DNA from: Gammaproteobacteria bacterium
GTDB lineage: Bacteria; Pseudomonadota; Gammaproteobacteria; SZUA-229
Direction of reading: 5' to 3'
Assembly (NCBI GenBank): GCA_041589175.1
Contig: JBFHWF010000003.1
Location: forward strand, 6,846 to 70,845
Length of the DNA stretch: 64,000 bases
Below are positions 50,638 to 60,273 of the stretch, one piece after another (the first letter of the stretch is position 1; each line of letters starts with the position of its first letter). The position numbers were made by a program, and so were the translations under genes. Below the pieces are notes generated by a model that saw nothing but the letters and a program-made list of their open reading frames with translations, ran no database searches and was not told where the DNA came from.

Positions 50638-51228
50638 ATGAGTGATGAACTGTATGAAGTAGCATTTTCGGGCGAAATTGCCGAGGGCGCCGATCCTGAG
50701 GCCGTTAAGGCCAAAGTGGGTGCCATGTTCAAAGCAGATGCGAACAAGCTGGCGCACCTGTTTTCGGGCAAGCGTGTCGTTATTAAAAAGAATATCGATC
50801 AGGCAACCGCGCAGAAATATAAAACCGCGCTTAGTAATGCCGGCGCACTCTGTGAAGTGAAACCCGTGGGTGGCGTGACGACTGAAGTCGACAAGGCGCC
50901 TTCTCCGCCACAGCCCCAGGAACCTGTGCAAACCACGAACGCATCATCTTCTGCGAGTACAAAGTCCGGTACGTCCGGTGAGGGGAATGCACCGGCAGCG
51001 CCACAAACCGATCCACTGGGAATTACGGCTTCAGATATCAGTGAACTCTCCGTAAGTGTTGCACCTGTTGGTAGCCAGATGCAGGATGATATTAAAGAGG
51101 TCTCGGCGCCGGATGTTGATATTAGTGAACTGGACATGGCGCCAGCGGGCAGTGATCTGGGTCAGGTTAGAAAGGGTGATGAGCCGCCACCTCCGGATAC
51201 TGATGGCCTGTCACTGGTAGATTCCTGA
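50638..51228 (+). CDS. Hypothetical protein: an N-terminal domain of about 80 aa resembling the ribosomal bL12 C-terminal fold, then a Pro/Ser/Thr-rich acidic tail
   Basis: 'YEVAFSGEIAEGADPEAVKAKVGAMFKADANKLAHLFSGKRVVIKKNIDQATAQKYKTALSNAGALCEVKPV' compared by eye with bL12 CTD '...AVIKAVR...KKALEEAGAEVEVK'. The remainder is low-complexity. Confidence 0.45.
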   Translation: MSDELYEVAFSGEIAEGADPEAVKAKVGAMFKADANKLAHLFSGKRVVIKKNIDQATAQKYKTALSNAGALCEVKPVGGVTTEVDKAPSPPQPQEPVQTTNASSSASTKSGTSGEGNAPAAPQTDPLGITASDISELSVSVAPVGSQMQDDIKEVSAPDVDISELDMAPAGSDLGQVRKGDEPPPPDTDGLSLVDS

Positions 51229-51230
51229 TG

Positions 51231-51584
51231 CTAGAGCAGCATCAGGCTCAATGCGCCTGCAGCGATTAGCATCAGTAAGGGTAAACGACAGGGTACGAGT
51301 TCGCTGGTTTTTTCAATGATCGTATCATCAATAATCGCTGACTGAGTAACGAAAGGGTTGCAGGGCCAGCCGCTGGAAATAATATGAGCTTTCAGTTTCT
51401 GGCAGTTGTGCTTCAGGTAGAAACTACTTCGACTTTCGGTGAATGAACGTTGATTCTGATGTTCGGTTAGCTGATTATCAACCAGAATATCGCGGCGGTA
51501 ATCCAGCCATAAATAACGCAGGTGAGCAGTAGATAAAACCTTAATGCTATGGCCTTGCCATTGATATTCGCTGATCGTTTTCAT
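51231..51584 (-). CDS. Hypothetical tail-anchored membrane protein (about 117 aa)
   Basis: ORF with a C-terminal hydrophobic helix 'LPLLMLIAAGALSLMLL'. Convergent with the previous gene. Start placed at the internal Met. Confidence 0.35.
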   Translation of the reverse strand: MKTISEYQWQGHSIKVLSTAHLRYLWLDYRRDILVDNQLTEHQNQRSFTESRSSFYLKHNCQKLKAHIISSGWPCNPFVTQSAIIDDTIIEKTSELVPCRLPLLMLIAAGALSLMLL

Positions 51585-51775
51585 ATCGCAGCTCCTTAAC
51601 AGCCGATGATTGAAAATCACAGCACTTCCTTATGCTGTTAAGGTACAAACTTCATTATGTTTTCAGTTGTGTGCACTTTTGAAAGTGCGATTGAAGCTCG
51701 TCATGGGAATATAGGTAAGTGGCGAGGAGAGGTATGTAACAAAACATACAATAATCAGAAAAAAACCGGATTTGT

Positions 51776-52498
51776 TTAACCGGCTTTACGCGAAAACCAC
51801 TCAAGTCCATCGGCAGATGCAAGCTCAATATTACCGCGTGATAATTTAATACAATTCTTGCGTTCAAAATCTTTAAGTATGCGGCTCACAACTTCACGGG
51901 TAGTGCCCAGCTCATGGGCGAGTTCCTGGTGCGTGATTTTCAGTATATGGCCCCTGTTTCTTTCAAACAGGCTACCCAGGATGCACGCAAGGCGCATATC
52001 GAGGTGATTGAATGCGGTGTCCTGAACCAGGTAGATTGCATCACACAGGCGATCCGTCAGAGTGCTAATGACATAATCACGGAACGTGATAGATGCGCTC
52101 AGGAGGGCCTTAAAGTCATCTGCATGAATTGCCAGTGCGTGCACGTCGGATTCGGTGCAGGCTATGGCGTTGAATGACTGGTTCTTGAGCATGCTGTTCA
52201 GGCTGAGGAAACAGAGGTCTCCCGCCTGCACACGGTAAAGTGTAATTTCACGTCCATCTTCAGCTGATTGATAGAGGCGTATCGTACCATCCAGTATGAG
52301 CATGAAGTTGTTACAGCTCGCAGAGCCGCTGAACAGGGTTGTGTCAGGGCGGATATGCATGGCCTTGGCCTGTTCAATGCAGTCTATCCAGCGCTGGTCT
52401 GTTATATTCGCGAGTACAGGGTAGGCTTTATTGAGGCGCTCCATGCGATCATCGAAGATATTCTCGCCATGTGGGCTAGGTGTATTGAAAAACTGCAT
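51776..52498 (-). CDS. Crp/Fnr family transcriptional regulator (Dnr/NnrR-like; lacks the FNR N-terminal Cys cluster)
   Basis: cNMP-binding fold and C-terminal HTH 'HQELAHELGTTREVVSRILKDFERKNCI'. No Cx2Cx5C in the first 30 aa. Confidence 0.85.
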   Translation of the reverse strand: MQFFNTPSPHGENIFDDRMERLNKAYPVLANITDQRWIDCIEQAKAMHIRPDTTLFSGSASCNNFMLILDGTIRLYQSAEDGREITLYRVQAGDLCFLSLNSMLKNQSFNAIACTESDVHALAIHADDFKALLSASITFRDYVISTLTDRLCDAIYLVQDTAFNHLDMRLACILGSLFERNRGHILKITHQELAHELGTTREVVSRILKDFERKNCIKLSRGNIELASADGLEWFSRKAG

Positions 52499-52772
52499 GC
52501 CGATACCCTTAAATACTGAACTACTCTACGCATTGGGCAATTGAGAGTGTCTAGAATCCTGGTTAAATATTTTATTGTGTGTTTATTGTGAGATGGTAGA
52601 AGTGTCAGCGGGTGCTGTATGTGATAATTGTTACACTTGCTCCACTAATCGCCATTTCGCCATATTATGTGATGATTATCCATAAGATTGGTGAAATAAA
52701 AATCACTCATTCAGGTAGTTTGCAGATTATCTGAATTTTAAAATATGCTTATAATATGATTTTCTATGGTGG

Positions 52773-53348
52773 ATGATGAAGCCGCAAACTCTGCAGGATC
52801 CACAACATTACAGTGTTGTAATGATTGTATTTCACTGGCTCAGTGTCGTGCTGGTTGTCGGGCTGTTTCTCTCGGGTTTTTATATGGTTGGGCTTGACTA
52901 CTATGATCCCTGGTATAACCGGTTGCCAGAATGGCACAAGTCATGGGGTGTTATTTTTCTCATACTGACGGTGGTTCGTTTGTTATGGCGAATACTGGGC
53001 AGATTGCCAGAAAAAATATCGGCTATGCGTGAGTGGGAAAGCCTGCTTGCCAGCTGGATGCATCGCTGGCTGTACCTGTTGTTGATGGTGGTCGTGCTGA
53101 GTGGTTATTTAATAACCGGGGGTGATGGTTCGACAGTTGTTGTGTTTGGGCTGCTGGAACTGCCCTCACTGAAGGGGCTGGCAGCACATGAAATCGATCT
53201 TGTTGGGGAGATACACGAGTGGTCGGCTTACATATTAATTCTGTTTGTGGTGTTACACAGTCTGGCAGCGCTGAAGCATCACTTCATTAATCGCGATGCC
53301 AGCCTGATACGAATACTTAAACCCTCTAGAGGAGATGTTGAAAAATGA
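52773..53348 (+). CDS. Cytochrome b561 family membrane protein
   Basis: 4 TM helices with conserved His residues ('HWLSVVLV', 'HEWSAYILILFVVLHSLAALKHH'). Followed by yceI with a 4-nt overlap, as in the E. coli yceJ-yceI pair. Confidence 0.8.
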   Translation: MMKPQTLQDPQHYSVVMIVFHWLSVVLVVGLFLSGFYMVGLDYYDPWYNRLPEWHKSWGVIFLILTVVRLLWRILGRLPEKISAMREWESLLASWMHRWLYLLLMVVVLSGYLITGGDGSTVVVFGLLELPSLKGLAAHEIDLVGEIHEWSAYILILFVVLHSLAALKHHFINRDASLIRILKPSRGDVEK

Positions 53349-53917
53349 AAATTCTGAACAGTGTTAGTTTGATTGCATTAACTCTACTCAGTATACCCAG
53401 CTATGCAGCCGACTATGTGATTGATAAGAAAGGTATGCATGCCTCGATCCAGTTTAAGGTGTCGCATCTGGGCTATAGCTGGTTATGGGGGCGCTTCAAT
53501 GATTTTGATGGGCACTTTAGTTATGACGCGAATAAACCAGAGGCATCATCTATACAGGTAAAGATAAATACGGCGAGTGTCGACAGTAATCATGCAGAAC
53601 GCGATAAACACATTCGTAATGATGACTTTCTGGATGTGAAAAAGTTTCCCGAAGCGACTTTCGTTAGCACCGCGTACCAGCCAGAGACTAAAGATAGCGG
53701 TATATTAAAAGGTGATTTTACGCTTCGGGGTATTACTCGCCCGATAGAAATAGCCGTAACGTTTACTGGAGCAGGTGAGGATCCCTGGGGTGGTTATCGT
53801 GCGGGTTTTGAAGGTCAGACCGTTATTCGCATGGAAGACTATAAAATAAAGAAAAACCTCGGGCCTAAGTCACAGGATGTGCACCTGTATTTTGTTATCG
53901 AGGGTATACGCCAGTAA
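53345..53917 (+). CDS. yceI: YceI family periplasmic polyisoprenoid-binding protein
   Basis: Signal peptide, then 'DYVIDKKGMHASIQFKVSHLGYSWLWGRFNDFDGHFSYD', the YceI signature. Confidence 0.85.
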   Translation: MKILNSVSLIALTLLSIPSYAADYVIDKKGMHASIQFKVSHLGYSWLWGRFNDFDGHFSYDANKPEASSIQVKINTASVDSNHAERDKHIRNDDFLDVKKFPEATFVSTAYQPETKDSGILKGDFTLRGITRPIEIAVTFTGAGEDPWGGYRAGFEGQTVIRMEDYKIKKNLGPKSQDVHLYFVIEGIRQ

Positions 53918-54030
53918 ATGGTATGGCTGCACACGGCAGTTGTGCAGCCAGTTTATTTCCTCAGTAAAATCAGGCTCCGGCAGTTGTGTAATGGCTGATA
54001 TCTTACGTACACTTTCACAGCCTGTTCAGC

Positions 54031-55419
54031 TTACTGTGTTTTTATCAGGCGATTATAGCGGTCGAGTGCCTGTGTGCGTGTTTCGGCAAGATCAACAATC
54101 GGTTGTATCTGCCGCGATAAATCATTCTGCCAACTGGAAACATAGTTTTGTTGTTTATCGAAGCGCTGCGCCTGTGTTAACGGGTTAAAAATTCGATAAT
54201 ACGGTGCAGCATCAACACCACAGCCAGCAACCCATTGCCAGCCCATCGTGTTGTTCGCAAGATCAGCATCGACCAGTGTGTCCCAGAACCAGCGCGCACC
54301 TTCCAACCAGTGTATTCCCATGTTTTTTGTGAGTAGTGAGCTGACAATCATCCGAACGCGATTGTGCATCCATCCGGTTTCCCAGAGTTGTCGCATACCG
54401 GCATCAACAATAGGGATGCCGGTTGTTCCGGTTTTCCATCGATTAAGTTGATCGTCATTCTCCTGCCAGAAGGATTCTGGATAGCGCGGGTTCATGGGCT
54501 TCATATCCGTAGCGGGAAAATGCCAGAGAATATGCTGGGCAAACTCCCGCCAGATTAGCTGCTTTAAGAAGGTCTGTATGTGCTCTTTGTACTGGGGTTC
54601 CTGGTGCAGTATGGGTTGTAGTGATAAGAAGATTTGTTGCGGTGTGATTTCTCCAAAGTGCAGGCTTGCAGAGAGTCTTGAAGTGCCATCGATAGCGGGC
54701 AGGTCTCGCTGCTTTGCATAGCGCTGTACACGGGACTCCAGAAAATGTTCCAGCGCATCGTGTGCGTAAGTCTCACCAGGTGTCCAGTAGTGATGCAGTT
54801 TGTTGTGCCAGGGGTGATTATCAAGCAGGTTGAGTTCGGCAAGTTGCCGTGGCTTGATTTCTGAAGACTCAGCCAGCTGTACTGGCTGTATCCTGTTAAT
54901 GATCGAATTTATATCGTTGACACGATAGTGGCTGTATTTCTGCTCAAGTAGACTCAGGCTCTTTTTGTAAAAAGGCGTGTAAACCCGATAGGCCTGTTGC
55001 TGGTTATTCAGAACGGACCCGGGTTCAAAGAAAAGTCCGGAGTGAAATACCTGAAATTGTGCCAGTGTTGATAGCGAGCCACGTAGATCATTGAAGCGTT
55101 GCTGGATATGCGGTTCGTATAACTGATTACAGGCAATTGTTCTGGCACCAGTGACCTGTAGTAGAGAGCGCAATATGTCGACACTGCTGCCCATGAATAT
55201 CTGCAGTTCAAGTCCGTGCTGAGATAGAGACCGTTGCAGTGTATGCAGGCTGTGATGCAGCCACCAGCGTGATGCTGCGCCTGGTTGCCAGGGTGCTTCT
55301 TCATCGGGTGAATGGATATAAATGGGTAAGACCCTGTCGCAGTTATGTAGTACCCAGTTTAACGCTGGGTTGTCTAACAGGCGCAGGTCACGTCGAAACC
55401 ACAAGATGGCAGTTTTCAT
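54031..55419 (-). CDS. phrB: Deoxyribodipyrimidine photolyase (class I CPD photolyase)
   Basis: 'MKTAILWFRRDLRLLDNPAL' and FAD-binding 'WQWVAGCGVDAAPYYRIFNPLTQAQRFD'. Start placed at the internal 'MKTAIL', not at the longer track ORF. Confidence 0.9.
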   Translation of the reverse strand: MKTAILWFRRDLRLLDNPALNWVLHNCDRVLPIYIHSPDEEAPWQPGAASRWWLHHSLHTLQRSLSQHGLELQIFMGSSVDILRSLLQVTGARTIACNQLYEPHIQQRFNDLRGSLSTLAQFQVFHSGLFFEPGSVLNNQQQAYRVYTPFYKKSLSLLEQKYSHYRVNDINSIINRIQPVQLAESSEIKPRQLAELNLLDNHPWHNKLHHYWTPGETYAHDALEHFLESRVQRYAKQRDLPAIDGTSRLSASLHFGEITPQQIFLSLQPILHQEPQYKEHIQTFLKQLIWREFAQHILWHFPATDMKPMNPRYPESFWQENDDQLNRWKTGTTGIPIVDAGMRQLWETGWMHNRVRMIVSSLLTKNMGIHWLEGARWFWDTLVDADLANNTMGWQWVAGCGVDAAPYYRIFNPLTQAQRFDKQQNYVSSWQNDLSRQIQPIVDLAETRTQALDRYNRLIKTQ

Positions 55420-55534
55420 GGGTTTTCCTGGTGGTTCGTCATTCCAGATGAACGGTGTATAATTATGTACAATAATTTTATTATACATAGTATGATTAAT
55501 TGTACAAGATATTGTGACCTTAGGAGACTGTGCT

Positions 55535-56473
55535 ATGACTGAAGCGAATCAATTACCTCTGATTGGTGTGAGTGCCTGCCTGCTGGGGCGTCCAGTGCGC
55601 TTTGATGGCGGACACAAACGCTGTCGACAGCTGGAGAAGCTATCTGACCGTCTGTCATTTTATCCCGTCTGCCCGGAGGCTGAGCTAGGACTGGGCATTC
55701 CCAGGCCGACAATACAGTTGCGTGAGTTCGAAAGTGAAATACGTCTGGTGGAATCAAAACGCCCACAACACTCACTGGATAAATCGATGCGAGCCTTTTG
55801 CGAAGCGAGAGTAGAGAAACTGCCCGAGCTGGATGGCTTTGTACTGAAAAAGGACTCCCCGAGCTGTGGTATGGAAAGAGTGCCTGTTTTCAGTGATCGG
55901 ACTGGCCAGAGAACCCGCAAGGGTACGGGGTTGTTTGCCCAGGCCATAAAGGCACACTATCCGAATCTTCCACTGGAAGAGGAGGGGCGGCTGAATGATG
56001 ATCTGCTGCGAGAAAACTTTATGGAGCGTGTGTTTGCCCATAACCGCTGGCGGAAGGTAATGGCTGCACAGGACACTGTGAAAGCATTTCGTGACTTTCA
56101 TCGACGCTATAAGCTGATGCTAATGGCGAAGAGTACAGTTGATTATCGTGAGCTTGGGCAGCTGGTTTCTGGCGTGAACAGGGAAAATGCAGCTGACGTG
56201 ATGGAAGCGTATATCGGTCGATTTATGACGGTCATGGCCAGGGTGCCAAGTGCAGGCCAGCATGTGAATGTGTTAATGCACATCATGGGCTATCTAAAAA
56301 AGCAGCTGGATAGTAATGACAAGGCCGAAATTCTGGACTGGTTTGAAAACTATAGAGATAATAATGTCTCACGTGTAACACCGATTGCCTTATTGCAGCA
56401 TCATTTTCGCAAGCATCCAGATGCCTATATGAAGGAACAGTATTACTTGCAGCCATATCCGGGCTTTATTTAG
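55535..56473 (+). CDS. DUF523 + DUF1722 protein (YbgA-like; DUF523 proteins include the 2-thiouracil desulfurase TudS)
   Basis: 'LPLIGVSACLLGRPVRFDGGHK' matches the DUF523 N-terminus, plus a C-terminal DUF1722-like helical region. Divergent from phr, reminiscent of the E. coli ybgA-phr pair. Confidence 0.7.
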   Translation: MTEANQLPLIGVSACLLGRPVRFDGGHKRCRQLEKLSDRLSFYPVCPEAELGLGIPRPTIQLREFESEIRLVESKRPQHSLDKSMRAFCEARVEKLPELDGFVLKKDSPSCGMERVPVFSDRTGQRTRKGTGLFAQAIKAHYPNLPLEEEGRLNDDLLRENFMERVFAHNRWRKVMAAQDTVKAFRDFHRRYKLMLMAKSTVDYRELGQLVSGVNRENAADVMEAYIGRFMTVMARVPSAGQHVNVLMHIMGYLKKQLDSNDKAEILDWFENYRDNNVSRVTPIALLQHHFRKHPDAYMKEQYYLQPYPGFI

Positions 56474-56504
56474 GTCGTTCAAAAACAGGTAGTTATCAGA
56501 CAGA

Positions 56505-56849
56505 ATGGTAAGCAGAGAAGTCAGTTGGCCGGTTTTTATCAGACATGGCAAGCATCCGGTTCTGAGTTTTATCGAAGATCTTACTGTCTGGCAGTCATTC
56601 ATCGAAGAATCTGGCTGGATGATTACACCGGGTGATGAACTGGTGGATTCGGCATTACAGCGATGGCGTTTACAGAGAGGCACAGAAGGCTCTGTGCGGG
56701 TAGAAACTCCGCAGCCGATGCCACTAGCTGAAGCCGAACGCTTAGTGAGACAGCATCTCTCGAATCAGGGGGTATGCTGTATCTCAAAGCTGAGTCGAGG
56801 CGATATCGCGTCATTAATGGATGTTCTCCGCTCAACAGACGATTTCTAG
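56505..56849 (+). CDS. Hypothetical protein (114 aa)
   Basis: ORF only. No family recognised. Confidence 0.35.
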   Translation: MVSREVSWPVFIRHGKHPVLSFIEDLTVWQSFIEESGWMITPGDELVDSALQRWRLQRGTEGSVRVETPQPMPLAEAERLVRQHLSNQGVCCISKLSRGDIASLMDVLRSTDDF

Positions 56850-56946
56850 TTAATTGGCTGACCTGGATCAAGGTTCCGCTAAGCACTCAGATACATAACA
56901 GGATAAGCTATATTTAAATTATCATCATTTATACGATGGCGATGAT

Positions 56947-57933
56947 ATGGATATACTATTCTTCAGTACCAAACCCTATGACCGTGCCGTCTTTGATAAG
57001 ACGAGTGCGACCTGCGGCCTGCAGATACGCTATGTATCAGAATCTCTGGGGCCAGACACTGCTCAGTTTGTACAACATGAAAAAGTCATTTGTATATTTG
57101 TTAATGACGTTGTCGATAAGGAAGTCGTGGATCAGCTGGCAGAAAAGGGAGTCGGCCTGATTGCCCTGAGGTGTGCAGGGTACAACAATGTTGATCTGGA
57201 AAGCTGCAGGAAAAAGGGTGTGCGTGTTGTACGTGTGCCAGCTTACTCTCCGCACGCAGTTGCAGAGCATACTCTTGCATTGATGCTTACACTTAATCGA
57301 AAAATTCACCGAGCCTATAATCGAGTTAGAGAAGGTAATTTTTCACTCGATGGCTTGATGGGATTTGACTTCTATGGGCGAACACTCGGTGTAGTAGGCA
57401 GCGGTAGAATTGGTGCTGAATTAATTAAAATTTGCCTCGCTATGGGGATGAAGCTAAAAGTATTTGACCCTGTTAAAGATGAGTCGCTGGAAAAGGCGGG
57501 TGCTGAATATGTGACGCTCGATGAAGTGTTTGCGAGTAGTGATGTGATATCGTTTCACTGTCCTCTAACAGAGAGTACATATCATCTTGTCGATGATGCG
57601 GCTATAAATAAAATGAAAACAGGCGTTATGCTCATTAATACAAGTCGAGGTGCAGTAATGGATGCCTGTGCTGTACTCAAGGGATTAAAGCAGAAGAAAA
57701 TTGCATATCTTGGTCTCGATGTATATGAGCAGGAGTCAGAGTTATTCTTTCGCGACTTGTCCTGTGACCTGATTCTCGATGATGTATTTGAAAGATTACT
57801 GACATTTCCCAATGTAGTTGTTACAGGGCATCAGGCGTTCTTTACAGAAGATGCACTGAATAATATTGCAGTAACAACATTGGAAAATGCTGAAAAGTAT
57901 CTTGCGGGGAATGAGCTTGTAAATGAGGTTTAA
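56947..57933 (+). CDS. ldhA: D-lactate dehydrogenase / D-isomer-specific 2-hydroxyacid dehydrogenase
   Basis: 'LGVVGSGRIGAELI' NAD motif and catalytic 'INTSRGAVMD'. 328 aa, matching the size of fermentative D-LDH. Confidence 0.85.
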   Translation: MDILFFSTKPYDRAVFDKTSATCGLQIRYVSESLGPDTAQFVQHEKVICIFVNDVVDKEVVDQLAEKGVGLIALRCAGYNNVDLESCRKKGVRVVRVPAYSPHAVAEHTLALMLTLNRKIHRAYNRVREGNFSLDGLMGFDFYGRTLGVVGSGRIGAELIKICLAMGMKLKVFDPVKDESLEKAGAEYVTLDEVFASSDVISFHCPLTESTYHLVDDAAINKMKTGVMLINTSRGAVMDACAVLKGLKQKKIAYLGLDVYEQESELFFRDLSCDLILDDVFERLLTFPNVVVTGHQAFFTEDALNNIAVTTLENAEKYLAGNELVNEV

Positions 57934-57939
57934 AAAAAG

Positions 57940-57960
57940 AACCCCGGTCAGGCCGGGGTT
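57940..57960. terminator. GC-rich hairpin downstream of ldhA (A-run on the 5' side; could act bidirectionally)
   Basis: AACCCCGG-TCAGG-CCGGGGTT forms a perfect 8-bp stem, preceded by AAAAAAAG. No T-run follows on the + strand. Confidence 0.4.
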
Positions 57961-58075
57961 ATGACAGTCCATTGCCAGATTTCATGGTAAGGAGTTATCC
58001 AAAAAGCAAGTTGATGTTATCAATGTGAAAAAATATTAGATATAGGAAAACTTCCTTTTAATAAAATGGATAGAC

Positions 58076-59299
58076 ATGTCCAGAAGCAAGTTAAAACGTT
58101 CACTGGGTTTGTTGCTGGTTACATTTTATGGGCTGGGTAACATATTGGGTGCAGGAATATATGTGCTGGTTGGTAAAGTCGCCGGAGAAGCCGGCTATCT
58201 TGTGCCATTTGCATTTCTGTTAGCATCTATAGTTGCTGCGATATCTGCTTATACCTATGCTTCTATGGCTACTCGTTATCCTGTGAGTGCGGGTGCTGCA
58301 GTCTACATACATGAAGGCTTTGGTATACAGAAAATTTCAGTGCTAGTCGGAGTGTTAATTGCTTTATCAGGGATTGTTTCATCAGCAGTTATATCACATG
58401 GGTTTGCGGGATATGTTGCTGTCTTTACCGATCTCCCATCGTGGCTGGTGATTGTTGTGATGTTGCTCACATTATGTCTTGTGAGTGTCTGGGGTATCAA
58501 GCAGTCAGTGATGCTAGCAAGTATTATGACTGTTATCGAAATTACAGGTTTGTTGATAATCGTATTTGTCGGTTCAGAGTCGGTTGCAGGGATTGAGCAA
58601 ATGACGAGTCTGTGGCGAGGTGAATTTTCTAAAAGTGATTTTGCATACATCGGTGTAATAACGGGTGCATTCCTTGCTTTCTATGCATACATCGGTTTTG
58701 AGGATATGGTTAACCTTGCTGAAGAAGTTAAAAACCCAAAGGTAATAATGCCATTATCAATAGCGTTATGCGTGATTTTATCGACGCTTATCTATAGCAT
58801 GGTGGCTATGGTTTCTATCTCGGTGGTAAAGCCTGACATGCTTGCAGCGTCAAGCGCACCATTAGCAGAAGTTTATCACCAGGCAACGGGAAAAGAGCCT
58901 GTATTAATAAGCCTGATTGGTATTTTTGCGGTTGTAAATGGGGCGTTGATTCAGATGATTATGTCATCACGACTGCTTTATGGTATGGCATATAAACAGT
59001 GGCTTCCTGAATTTCTGTCAAGGGTAAATGCCACAACACATACACCCGTTAACAGTACCTTGGTGACGACAGCAATCATGCTGCTACTGGCACTGTCACT
59101 TGAACTGACGAGCCTGGCGGAGTTGACCAGCTATCTGGTACTGTTTGTGTTTGCACTGGTAAATCTGTCTTTGCTAATGGTAGTTAGGCGGGAGCAGGTT
59201 TTTGGTGTTTTATATTACAGAATCTGGTTGCCTGTCGCTGGCTTCCTTGCCAGCTCCGCCCTGATGCTTGTTAAATTTGTAATAGAAATAGCAGTTTGA
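58076..59299 (+). CDS. APC-superfamily amino acid permease
   Basis: 'LLVTFYGLGNILGAGIYVLVGKVAGEAG' matches the APC N-terminal consensus. About 12 TM helices. Confidence 0.8.
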   Translation: MSRSKLKRSLGLLLVTFYGLGNILGAGIYVLVGKVAGEAGYLVPFAFLLASIVAAISAYTYASMATRYPVSAGAAVYIHEGFGIQKISVLVGVLIALSGIVSSAVISHGFAGYVAVFTDLPSWLVIVVMLLTLCLVSVWGIKQSVMLASIMTVIEITGLLIIVFVGSESVAGIEQMTSLWRGEFSKSDFAYIGVITGAFLAFYAYIGFEDMVNLAEEVKNPKVIMPLSIALCVILSTLIYSMVAMVSISVVKPDMLAASSAPLAEVYHQATGKEPVLISLIGIFAVVNGALIQMIMSSRLLYGMAYKQWLPEFLSRVNATTHTPVNSTLVTTAIMLLLALSLELTSLAELTSYLVLFVFALVNLSLLMVVRREQVFGVLYYRIWLPVAGFLASSALMLVKFVIEIAV

Positions 59300-59305
59300 G
59301 TGATA

Positions 59306-60178
59306 TCAGGCTGATAACAGGTTAGAAAGCTGTTTTCGAATCTGTTGTGCCAGTTCTGGATGTCTGTCAGTTAACAGGTTGCTGATTGTAGAAATAAGCT
59401 CTCTTGCCGCGCCTTCTCTGAATTCTGGCTCAGTTTTAATAATTTCAAACAGTACATCAGCTGCTTCAGAAAACTGATAGTCGGCGATCATGCATACCGC
59501 AAGATCGAAGCGGACATTGTTATTGTCTGGTTCGGCAATGCGTTGCTGCTCGAGCTGGTCGCGACCAGCAGTTTTGTTTGCCTGTTCAATAAAAAATAAC
59601 TGTAGTGCCAGGGATTTTCCGGTATCACTCTGTTTGCTTTTTTCATCGAGCCGGTTGAAGAGTGAATTTGCCTGATCAATCTGGCGGATGTCGATAAAGA
59701 TCTGTACCATATCCATGGCAATGCGGGTATTAGATGGGTCTTTCTTTATGGCGTCGGTCAACAGAAGTATTGCGCTTTGTGTGTCGCCAGAAATATGCTT
59801 ATCACGTGCCTGTTCCCTGAGTAAGTCAGATTCATGGTATATATCAAATTCTTTAAGCAGATCACGTGCTTCTCTGGGCTGAAGTAGCCCTTCTTCTGTA
59901 CGAACGACCTGTGCATTTTTGAATACAAGCAGTGTTGGTACATGCTGTATGTCGTACTGTTTACGCAGCTCCTGTTGTTCATCAATGTCTACAGTGGCAA
60001 ATATAAATTCCTCAGCATGCTCACTGGCAAGGCTTCTGAAAATATCAGTCATTGCAATACAGTGTTCAGACCAGACACCCATAAATAGCACGAATACAGG
60101 TAGCTTATGGGAATTTTGCATGACGTAGGTGTCGAAGCTGGAATGGCTAACTTCGAATACAAGTGCTTGTTTGCTCAA
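59306..60178 (-). CDS. cnoX: Thioredoxin-domain / TPR chaperedoxin (YbbN/CnoX-like)
   Basis: Thioredoxin fold with SxxC ('WSEHC') in place of CxxC, followed by a TPR-like helical C-terminal domain. 290 aa. Confidence 0.75.
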   Translation of the reverse strand: MSKQALVFEVSHSSFDTYVMQNSHKLPVFVLFMGVWSEHCIAMTDIFRSLASEHAEEFIFATVDIDEQQELRKQYDIQHVPTLLVFKNAQVVRTEEGLLQPREARDLLKEFDIYHESDLLREQARDKHISGDTQSAILLLTDAIKKDPSNTRIAMDMVQIFIDIRQIDQANSLFNRLDEKSKQSDTGKSLALQLFFIEQANKTAGRDQLEQQRIAEPDNNNVRFDLAVCMIADYQFSEAADVLFEIIKTEPEFREGAARELISTISNLLTDRHPELAQQIRKQLSNLLSA

Positions 60179-60273
60179 GAGGCTGGCCCTGCTGTTTAAA
60201 TAGAGTGGGGGATTATAATCAGAAAGACCAGAGGAGTTAAGTCGAAGTGTAGACTAATGGACAAACTGTGATT

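Noticed and set aside
52499-52772. Searched the divergent promoter between the Crp/Fnr regulator and cytochrome b561 for an FNR/Dnr box (TTGAT-N4-ATCAA)
   Set aside because: No convincing match. Only an AT-rich region and a short direct repeat (TTATTGTG x2).
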